A DNA stretch of 64,000 nt from Eledone cirrhosa (Eukaryota): the NCBI GenBank assembly GCA_964016885.1, contig OZ024764.1:24924001-24988000 (forward strand). The letters run 5' to 3'. Each line of letters starts with the position of its first letter. Positions within the stretch are counted from its first letter, which is position 1. The translations under genes and the position numbers were made by a program. The notes beneath the pieces are model-generated. The model saw only the letters and a list, made by a program, of their open reading frames with translations, made no database searches and was not told the origin of the DNA. This document shows positions 52,593-64,000 of this stretch, piece after piece.

Positions 52593-53105
52593 GAGCATAC
52601 ATAACATTAAAAATGCGTAAATAATGTTGAAGATGGGAGTCACTACATCCATAGCTTAACAGAATAAACTACTGAAATACCGTGATTTATTTAATAAACA
52701 CCATGGGATTATGATTATTTTTATTCATACGTTGTAAACAAACAACTGTTGAGGGGTACTCAACCAGTTTAAATATCCTTAAAACTAGTAATAAAATGTA
52801 TTGAGGGCGCTTTTATGAATTGGAAAAGACAGATTGATAAATGCCGATGGTTTAAAGACCTGATAGTTTTACCATAAGAGATAGAAGCCTCATATATGAC
52901 ACCAGTGTCATATTTCACTCCATTTTACATCGTAGATGTTGAAGGTGGCAGTCACTACAACCATAGCTTAACAGAATAAACTACTGAAATAATGGGGGGG
53001 GGGGGGGGGGATCCTGGAAAAACACGTTGGTTGTGAGCATCAAAATACATACATACATGCATATATATATATACACACACATACATAAATATATATATAT
53101 GCATA

Positions 53106-53190
53106 CATCATCATCATTTTACGTCCGCTTTTACCTGCTTGCAAGGGCTGGATGGGTCCTATTCAGCACAGTATCTCTCCACTTGTCATA
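53106..53190 (-). mobile_element. RTE 3' tail fragment
   Basis: Reverse complement of ~54126-54205 (tgacaagtggagaga...gcggacgtaaaatgatg). Confidence 0.8.
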
Positions 53191-53504
53191 TAGGCTGCAG
53201 TGTTGACCAGGATGTGGTCAAGGGGTCTCCACTACCACAGGCTCAACCACAAACCCATTAAAGAGCAGCTGAGACTTGGACAGTTTGCCCTCTTTGGTCT
53301 GGTTGTTAGTGAAACCTGGGATGCTAGTCATACACACCAGGTTGCCACAAGAGAAGGTGTGACGGTGTGGTATCCCAGACGAGGGACCTATCCTTGAAGA
53401 GACCTACTCCCTCCACACCATCCTTAACGATCTTGTTGAGGGTAACATGACATCATAGGTGGACAGCACTATAATGATGATGATGATGATATGTTAAATA
53501 TATC

Positions 53505-54222
53505 TGTATGCAGTAGATGTACAGGGAAATTAGACAGTAGAAGTCGCATTGATAGACACATTTTTCAAATGCAAGAGGGCGCTATAGAAGTGGTGGATAG
53601 CTTCCGGTACCTAGGAGATCAGATTAGCATGGGAGGAGGGTGTTCCGAGGCCATAGTAACTAGAATAAGGACGGGTTGGAAGAAGTTTAGGGAGCTGCTT
53701 CCTCTGTTGACGAAGAAGGGTTTCTCCCTGCGTACGAAAGGCCGGTTGTATGATGCCTGTGTGAGGAGCGCGATGCTGCTTGGTAGTGAGACATGGGCAG
53801 CAACTGCAGAGGATATGCGATGGCTGGAGAGAAATGAGGCAAGCATGCTCCGTTGGATGTGCAGTGTAAATGTGCGTGAACGACCCAGCATAAATGTATT
53901 GAGAGAGAAACTGTGTCTGAGAGGGATAGAATGTAGTGTACGGGAGAGGAGACTGAGGTGGTATGGACATGTGATGCGCATGGAGGATGACCGATGGGTG
54001 AAGAAGTGCCAGGAAATGCCAGATGAAGGAAGACGTGGTAGAGGTAGACCACGAAAAACATGGGCGGAGGTGGTGAGAACAGACCTCAGATCATTGAAGC
54101 TCACGGTGGAGATGACGAAGGACCGTGACAAGTGGAGAGATGCTGTGCTGAATAAGACCCGTCCCACCCTTGCAAGCAGGGAAAAGCGGACGTAAAATGA
54201 TGATGATGATGATGATGATGAT
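53505..54222 (+). mobile_element. 5'-truncated, apparently recent RTE LINE copy with open ORF2 C-terminus and (TGA)n tail
   Basis: CSRC..EVVDSFRYLGD..LGSETW..MLRWMC..RRLRWYGHVMR..GRPRKTW..DRDKWR; the stop at 54195 is followed directly by (tga)n. Confidence 0.9.
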
Positions 54223-54879
54223 CTGTTACTCTTTCCCCCAGAATAACAATTTCAATTCTGGATTCATCTTGGTCCCTCTTTTACGTTTGAATGCCTCAGC
54301 AAATTCTTTACTGTTCTGCAGTGGCACTTGAACCCTGAAAAAAATGAGAAGAAAGGGACTTGATAGAATTTATAGAGAGAATAATTTTGAGAGTACATAT
54401 GACTGAAAATACAGTTTATAGAGTACATATGGCTGAAAGTACAGTTTATAGAGTACATGTAACTGTAAGTATAATTTATAGAGAGTATAAATTGTAGAGT
54501 ACATAGGATTAAAAGTACAATTGTATAGAGAGAATAATTTGGAGAATACATAGGACTGATATGGCCATTATATGAGATACCTAAGATATTGTGGTAGTAT
54601 CATCTCATTTCTAGTGCCTCTATCTATCTCTGTATCTCTACAGTGAGGGTGCCATGACTTACATGTGAACCTGGAAGCTTGAGATTACCAGTAACCAGAA
54701 CTGGATTTTCAAATGAACTACTGGAAAATGAAACAATTACAAAAACTACAAATGATGATGATGATGATGATGATTGGTTGCATTTTGGGATTTGTAAACA
54801 TAAAGAAAATTACAAAATTTTAAAACCAAAACTTTTTCAATTACCTTAATTTATTTGGAGAGTAAGAATCAAATTCGTC

Positions 54880-55280
54880 ATCAAGATTCTCAGCTGAACA
54901 CCATGTCTGCCAAAAGCAAAGGAAACAAGACTCTTATGAAACAATACAGTAAACTGAATGTCTGATTGTTAGGAGTTGTGATTACTTCCAACTTCCAGTC
55001 AATATTTTCCCCTATTATTATAGTAAAGTATTTTTGGATCATTTACACAGGTGATGGAAAGCAGGAGGCTGGATTAAATGAAAGAACTGCAGGAGCTGGT
55101 GTAATAATGTGTCAGCTATACCACTCTTTCAATACAGTGATTCTGCCTACCCTTTACCTAAGTCACAAGTACGATTGTAAATACAAATAGCTGAGATGGG
55201 CTTCTTCCAGAGAGGCTTTGGTGAAACATTACTCAACAGGGTTCATAGATCAGAGATTAGGGAGTCACACCAGGTGGAAT
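54880..55280 (+). mobile_element. Highly degraded Expander-type RTE fragment
   Basis: Conceptual translation KYFWIIYTGDGKQ..ERTAGAGVIM.QLY, ILPTL, EMGFFQR..G.TLLNRVHRSEIRES.QVE resembles RTE/Expander ORF2. Confidence 0.6.
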
Positions 55281-55344
55281 GTGTTAATCTGCTAACGGTT
55301 TTCAAATACAATTATAGGTCATATCGTCTTATATATATATCTCT

Positions 55345-55490
55345 AGGCAGTGAATTAACAGAATCCTGAGAACACAAATTACAATGCTTTGAGGTATCTG
55401 TTTTGGATTTCTGCATTCTGAGTTCAAATCCCACCTTCATCCTTTTGATTTTGATGAATGAAGTAGCAGTCATATATTGGGGCTGATTCT
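55345..55490 (+). mobile_element. Old degenerate Nin/Deu-like SINE
   Basis: ggcagtgaattaacagaatc...ctgagttcaaatccc...ttcatcctttt...gatgaatgaagtagcagt. Confidence 0.55.
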
Positions 55491-55599
55491 TTCTCTAACA
55501 TTCTCAAAACACTTAGCAATCACAATAGAGATTATAACAAGGTAGCAGTCATATATTGGAGCTGATTCTTTCTCTAACATTCTCAAAGCACTGAGCATA

Positions 55600-58500
55600 T
55601 ATCTTAGACATATCTATCACCACTGTGGTACACATACTACACTGATTTATAGACAAATCTATCACCACTTTGGTACACTTACTACACTGTTATATAGACA
55701 TATCTATTACCAATGTGGTACACTTAATACACTGTTATCTAGACATGTCTATCACCACTGTGGTACACTTACTACACTGTTATATAGACATATCTATCAC
55801 CACTGTGGTACACTTACTACACTGTTATATAGATATATCTATCACCATGTGGTACACTTACTACACTTTTATATAGATATATCTATCACCACTGTGGTAC
55901 ACATACTACACTGTTTTATAGACAAATCTATCACCACTGTGGTACACTTACTACACTGTTATATAGACATATCTATTACCAATGTGGTACACTTAATACA
56001 CTGTTATCTAGACATGTCTATCACCACTGTGGTACACTTACTACACTGTTATCTAGACATGTCTATCACCACTGTGGTACACTTAATACACTGTTATATA
56101 GACATGTCTATCACCATTGTGGTACACTTATTACACTGTTATATAGACATGTCTATCACCACTGTGGTACACTTACTACACTGTTATATAGACATATCTA
56201 TCACCACTGTGGTACACTTACTACACTGTTATATAGATATATCTATCACCACTGTGGTACACTTACTACACTGTTATATAGTCATATCTATTACTACTGT
56301 GGTACACTTACTACACTGTTATATAGACATGTCTATCACCACTGTGGGACATTACTACACTGTTATATAGACATGTCTATCACCACTGTGGTACACTTGC
56401 TACACTGTTATCTAGACATGTCTATCACCACTGTGGTACACTTACTACACTTTTATATAGATATCACCACTCTGTTACACTTACTAAACTGTTATATAGA
56501 CATCTATCACCACTGTGGTACACTTACTACACTGTTATATAGACATATCTATCACCACTGTGGTAAACTTACTACACTTTTATATAGACATCACTACTCT
56601 GGTACACTTACTACACTGTTATATAGACATATCTTTTACCACTGTGGTACACTTACTACACTGTTATCTAGACATATCTATCACCACTGTGGTAAACTTA
56701 CTACACTTTTATATAGATATCACTACTCTGGTACACGTACTACACTGTTATATAGACATCTATCACCACTGTGGTACACTTACTACACTGTTATATAGTC
56801 ATATCTATTACCACTGTGGTACACTTACTACACTGTTATATAGACATGTCTATCAGCACTGTGGTTCACTTACTACACTGTTATATAGACATATCTATCA
56901 CCACTGTGGTACACTTACTACACTGTTATCTAGACATGTCTATCACCACTGTGGTACACTTACTACACTGTTATATAGTCATATCTATCACCATTGTGGT
57001 ACACTTACTACACTGTTATATAGATATATCTATCACCACTGTGGTACACTTACTACACTGTTATATAGACATATCTATCACCACTGTGGTACACTTACTA
57101 CACTGTTATATAGTCATATCTATTACCACTGTGGTACACTTACTACACTGTTATATAGTCATGTCTATCACCACTGTGGTACACTTACTACACTGTTATA
57201 TAGACATATCTGTTACCACTGTGGTACACTTACTACACTGTTGTATAGACATATCTATCACCACTGAGGCACACTTGCTACACTGTTATCTAGACATATC
57301 TATCACCACTGTGGTACACTTACTACACTGTAATATAGACATCTATCCCCACTGTGGTGCACTTACTACACTGTTATATAGATATATCTATCACCATTGT
57401 GGTACACATACTACACTGTTATATAGACATATCTATCACCACTGTGGTACACTTACTACACTGTTATATAAACATATCTATCACTACTGTGGTACACTTA
57501 CCACACTGTTATATAGACATGTCTATCACCACTGTGGTACACTTACTACACTGTTATATAGACATGTCTATCACCACTGTGGTACACTTACTACACTGTT
57601 ATATAAACATATCTATCACTACTGTGGTACACTTACCACACTGTTATATAGACATGTCTATCACCACTCTGGTACACTTACTACACTGTTATATAGACAT
57701 CTATCACCACTGTGGTACACTTACTACACTGTTATATAGACATCTATCATCACAGTGGTACACTTACTACACTGTTACGTAGACATATCTATCACCACTG
57801 TGGTAGATTTACTACACAGTTATATAGTCATATCTTTTACCACTGTGGTACACTTACTACACAATTATATAGACATGTCTATCACCACTCTGGTAAACTT
57901 ACTACACTGTTATATAGACATGTCTATCACCACTGTGGTACACTTACCACACTGTTTTATAGTCATATATATCACCACTGTGGTACACTTACCACACTGT
58001 TATCTAGACATGTCTATCACCATTGTGGTACACTTACTACACTGTTATATAGATATATCTATCACCACTGTGGTACACTTACTACACTGTTATATAGACA
58101 TATCTATCACCATTGTGGTACATTTACTACACTGTTATATAGTCATATCTATTACCACTCTGGTACACTTACTACACTGTTATATAGACAAATCTATCAC
58201 CACTGTGGTGCACTTACTACACTCTTATATAGTAATATCCAGCACCACTGTGGTACACTTACTACACTGTTATATAGACATGTCTATCACCACTGTGGTA
58301 CACTTACTACACTGTTATATAGTCATATCTATTACCAATGTGGTACACTTACTACACTGTTATATAGACATATCTATCACCACTGTGGTACACTTACTAC
58401 ACTGTTATATAGATATCACAACTCTGGTACACTTACTACACTTTTATATAGACATATCTATCATCACTGTGGTACACTTGCTACACTGTTATCTAGACAT

Positions 58501-61500
58501 GTCTATCACCACTGTGGTACACTTACTACACTTTTATATAGGTATCACCACTCTGGTACACTTATTACACTGTTATATAGACATCTATCACCACTGTGGT
58601 ACACTTACTACATTGTTACATAGACATATCTATCACCACTGTGGTACACTTACTACACTGTTATATAGACATGTCTATCACCACCATGGTACACTTACTA
58701 CACTGTTATATAGACATATCTATCCCCACTGTGGTACACTTACTACACTGTTACATAGACATATCTATCACCACTGTGGTACACTTACTACACTGTTATC
58801 TAGACATGTCTATCACTGCTTTTGTACACTTACTACACTTTTATATAGATATCACCACTGTGGTACATTTACTACACTGTAATATAGACATATCTATCAC
58901 CACTGTGGTACACCTACTACACTGTTATATAGTCATATCTTTTACCACTGTGGTACACTTACTACACTGTTATATAGACATGTCTATCACCACTGTGGTT
59001 CACTTACTACACTGTTATATAGACATATCTATCACCACTGTGGTACACTTACCAAACTGTTATATAGTCATATCTATCACCACTGTGGTACACTTACTAC
59101 ACTGTTATATAGACATATCTATCACCATTGTGGTACACTTACTACACTGTTATATAGACATGTCTATCACCCTGTGGTACACTTACTACACTGTCATATA
59201 GACATATCTATCACCACTGGTACACTTACTACACTGTTATATAGACATATATATCACAACTGTGGTACACTTGCTACACTGTTATCTAGACATGTATATC
59301 ACTGCTGTTGTACACTTAATACACTTTTATATAGATATCACTACTCTGGTACACTTACTACACTGTTATATAGACATCAATCACCACTGTCGTACACTTA
59401 CTACATTGTTATATAGTCATATCTATTACCACTGTGGTACACTTACTACACTGTTATATAGACATATCTATTACCACTGTGTTACACTTACTACACTATT
59501 ATATAGACATATATATCACCACTGTGGTACACTTACTACACTGTTATATAGATATATCTATCACCACTGTGGTACACTTATTACACCTTAATATAGATAT
59601 ATCTATCACCACTGTGGTACACTTGCTACACTGTTATATAGACATATCTATCACTGCTGTGGTACACTTACTACATTGTTATATAGACATTTCTCTCACC
59701 AATGTGGTACACTTACTACACTGTTATATAGTCATATCTATTACCACTGTGGTACACTTACTACACTGTTATATAGACATGTCTATCACGACCGTGGTAC
59801 ACTTACTACACTGTTATATAGACATATCTATCACCACTGTGGTACATTTACTACACTGTTATATAGACATATCTATTACGACTGTGGTACACTTACTACA
59901 CTGTTATATAGACATGTCTATCACCACTGTGGTACACTTACCACACTGTTATATAGTCATATCTATCACCACTGTGGTACACTTACTACACTGTTATATA
60001 GATATATCTATCACCACTGTGGTACACTTACTACACTGTTATACAGACATATCTATCACCATTGGTACACTTACTACTCTGTTATATAGACATATATATC
60101 ACCACTGTGGTACACTTGCTACGCTGTTATATAGACATATCTATCACCACTGTGGTACACTTACTACACTGTTATAGAGACATGTCTATCACCACTGTGG
60201 TACACTTGCTACACTGTTATCTAGACATATCTATTACCAATGTGGTACACTTACCACACTTTTATATAGATATCACCATTCTGGTACACTTACTACAATG
60301 TTATATAGTCATATCTATTACCACTCTGGTACACTTACTACACAGTTATATAGACATATCTATCACCACTGTGGTACACTTACTACACTGTTATATAGAA
60401 ATATCTATCACCACTGTGGTACACTTACTACACTGTCATATAGACAAGGCTATCATCACTGTGGTACACTTGCTACACTGTTATCTAGACATGTCTATCA
60501 CCACTGTGTACACTTACTACACTTTTATATAGATATCACCACTCTGGTATACTTACTACACTGTTATATAGACATCTATCACCATTGTGGTACACTTACT
60601 ACACTGTTATATAGACATATCTATCACCATTGTGTTACACTTACTACAATGTTATATAGACATTTCTATCACCACCGTGGTACACTTACTGCACTGTTAT
60701 ATAGACATATCTATCACCACTGTGGTACACTTACTACACTGTTATATAGACATATCTATCACCACTGTGGTACATTTACTACACTGTAATATGGACATAT
60801 CTCTCACCACTGTGGTACACTTACTACACTGTGATATAGTCATATATTTTACCACTGTGGTACACTTACTACACTATTATATAGACATGTCTATCACCAC
60901 TGTGGTACACTTACTACACTGTTATATAGACATATCTATAATCACTGTGCCACACTTACAACACTGTCATATAGTCATATCTATCACCATTGTGGTACAC
61001 TTACTACACTGTTATATAGATATTTCTATCACCACTGTGGTACACTTACTACACTGTAATATAGACATATGTATCACTGCTGTGGTACACTTACTACACT
61101 GTTATCTAGACATATATATCACCACTGTGGTACAATTGCTACACTGTTATCTAGACATATCTATCACCACTGTGGTACACTTACTACACTTTTGTATAGA
61201 TATCACCACTCTGGTACATTTACTACACTGTTATAGAGACATCTATTACCACTGTGGTACAATTACTACACTGTTATATAGACATATCTATCACCACTGT
61301 GGTACACTTACTACACTGTTATATAGTTATATCTATTACCACTGTGGTACACTTACCACACTGTTATATAGTCATATCTATTACTACTGTGGTACACTTA
61401 CTACACTGTTATATATACATACCTATCACCACTGTGGTACACATACTACACTGTTATATAGACATGTCTATCACCACTGTGGTACACTTGCTACACTGTT

Positions 61501-64000
61501 ATATAGACATTCTATCACCACTGTGGTACACTTACTACACTGCAATATAGACATATCTATCACTGCTGTGGTATACTTACTACACTGTTATCTAGACATA
61601 TATATCACCACTGGTACACTTACTACACTGTTATATAGACATGTCTATCACCACTGTGGTACACTTACTACACTGTTATATAGACATGTCTATCACCACT
61701 GTAGTACACTTGCTACACTGTTATATAGACATATCTATCACCACTGTTTTACACTCACTACACTTTTATGTAGATATCACCACTGTGGTACACTTACTAC
61801 ACTGTAATATAGTCATATCTATTACCAATGTGGTACACTTACTACACTGTTATATGGACATATTTATCTCACCACTGTGGTACACTTACTACACTGTTAT
61901 ATAGTCATATCTATTACCACTGTGGTACACTTACTACACTGTTATATAGACATATCTATCACCACTGTGGTACACTTACCACACTGTTATATAGTCATAT
62001 CTATCACCTCTGTGGTACAGTTACTACACCGTTATATAGATATATCTATCACCACTGTGGTACATTTACTACACTGCTATATAGACATATCTATCACCAC
62101 TGTGGTACACTTACTACACTGTTATATAGACATGTCTATCACCACTGTGGTACACTTACTACACTGTTATCTAGATATGTCTATCCCCACTGTGGTACAC
62201 TTACTACAATGTTATATAGAAATATCTATCAGCACTGTGGTACAATTACTACACTGTTATATAGACATGTCAATCACCACTGTGGTACACTTATTACACT
62301 GTTATATAGAAATATCTATCACCACTGTGGTACACCTACTACACTGTAATATAGACATATGTATCACTGCTGTGGTACACTTACTACACTGTTATCTAGA
62401 CATATATATCACCACTGGTTCACTTACTACACTGTTATATAGACATATATATCACCACTGTGGTACACTTACCTCACTGTTATATAGACATATCTATCAC
62501 CACTGTGGTACACTTACTACACAGTTATATAGACATGTCTATCACCACTATGGTATACTTACTACACTGTTATATAGTAATATCTATTACCACTCTGGTA
62601 AACTTACTACACTGTTATATAGACATCTATCACCACCGTGGTACACTTACTACACTGTTATATAGTCATATCTATTACCACTCTGGTACACTTACTACAC
62701 TGTTATATAGACAAATCTATCACCGTTATGGTACGCTTACTACACTGTTATATAGAAATATCTATCACCATTATGGTACACTTACTACACTGTTATATAG
62801 ACATGTCTATCATTACTGTGGTACACATGCTACACTGTTATCTAGACATGACTATCACCACTGTGGTACACTTACTACACTTTTCTATAGATATCACCAC
62901 TCTGGTACACTTACTACACTGTTATATAGTCATATCTATTACCATTGTGGTACACTTACTACACTGTTATATAGATATATCTATCACCACTGTGGTACAC
63001 TTATTACACTGTTATATAGTCATATCTATTACCACTGTGGTACAATTACTACACTGTTATATAGACATGTCTATCACCACTGTGGTACACTTACTACACT
63101 GTTATATAGACATATCTATCACCACCGTGGTACACTTACTACACTGTTATATAGACATATCTATCACCACTGTGGTATACTTACTACACTGTTATATAGA
63201 CATGTCTATCACCACTGTGCTACACTTACTACACTGTAATATAGACATATCTATCACTGCTGTGGTACACTTACTACACTGTTCTCTAGACATATATATC
63301 ACCACTGGTACACTTACTACACTGTTATATAGATATATCTATCACCACTGTGGTACACTTACTACACTGTTATATAGACATATCTATCACCACTGTGGTA
63401 CACTTACTACTCTGTTATATAGACATATATATCACCGCTGTGGTACACTTACTACACTGTTATATAGATATCACCACTGTGGTACACTTACTACACTGTT
63501 ATATAGACATCTATCACCACTGTGGTACACCTACTACACTGTTACATAGAAATACCTATCACCACTGTGGTACACTTGCTACACTGTTATCTAGACATGT
63601 CTATCACTGCTGTTGTACACTTACTACACTTTTATATAGATATCACCACTCTGGTACACTTACTATACTGTTATATAGACATCTATCACCACTGTGGTAC
63701 ACTTACTACATTGTTATATAGTCATATCTATTACCACTGTGGTACACTTACTACACTGTTATATAGACATATCTATCACCACTGTGGTACACTTACTCCA
63801 CTGTAATATAGACATATCTATCACTGCTGTGGTACACTTACTACACTGTTATCTAGACATATATATCACCACTGGTACACTTACTACACTGTTATATACA
63901 CATATATATCACAACTGTGGTACACTTAATAAACTGCTACATAGACATGTCTATCACCACTGTGGTACACTTAATACACTGCTATATAGACATGTCTATC
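55600..64000. repeat. 45-bp minisatellite/satellite, >8.4 kb, runs off the window
   Basis: Unit tatcaccactgtggtacacttactacactgttatatagacatatc with recurrent short deletion variants. Confidence 0.95.

Noticed and set aside
52050-52600. Splice-like signals (ccag| ... aag|gtgag) in each 62-bp unit suggesting tandem micro-exons
   Set aside because: The implied introns are only ~27 nt, lack a polypyrimidine tract, and no flanking gene is evident.
53190-53475. Possible HDV-like ribozyme in a putative RTE 5' UTR (also 22850-23200)
   Set aside because: A consistent nested double pseudoknot could not be built by eye; it needs a descriptor or covariance-model search.
55670-63806. Long His/Cys-rich ORFs up to 406 aa
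   Set aside because: They are products of a 45-bp satellite, with frequent frame-switching indels and no unique coding flanks.

Overview
This is a gene-free, repeat-saturated animal genomic window, probably coleoid cephalopod (inferred from the SINE types and microsatellite load). No host gene is supported, and the many YI/CV/HT-rich ORFs are microsatellite or minisatellite translations. Region 1-20.5 kb is a nest of Penelope-like element (PLE) insertions in (TA)n tracts. It holds two Naiad-type RT + GIY-YIG elements, one apparently nested in the other, and three short non-coding elements. Together they carry five different minimal type-I hammerhead ribozyme (HHR) families. All six insertions have the same head-to-head inverted architecture. 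They include a ~472-nt terminally redundant retrozyme-like unit, a tRNA-SINE fused to an HHR-bearing 3' end, and an HHR with a 115-nt stem II. Region 20.7-33 kb holds RTE LINE relics, SINEs, a 46-bp minisatellite and a head-to-tail chain of non-autonomous Helitrons. Region 33-64 kb holds large tandem arrays (23-25, 65, 83, 62 and 45 bp). The 65- and 83-bp arrays form a compound macro-repeat and both derive from the homologous 'R-W/Y-x-G-H-V' coding segment of two different RTE LINE families. All calls were made by eye; coordinates of degraded element ends are approximate.
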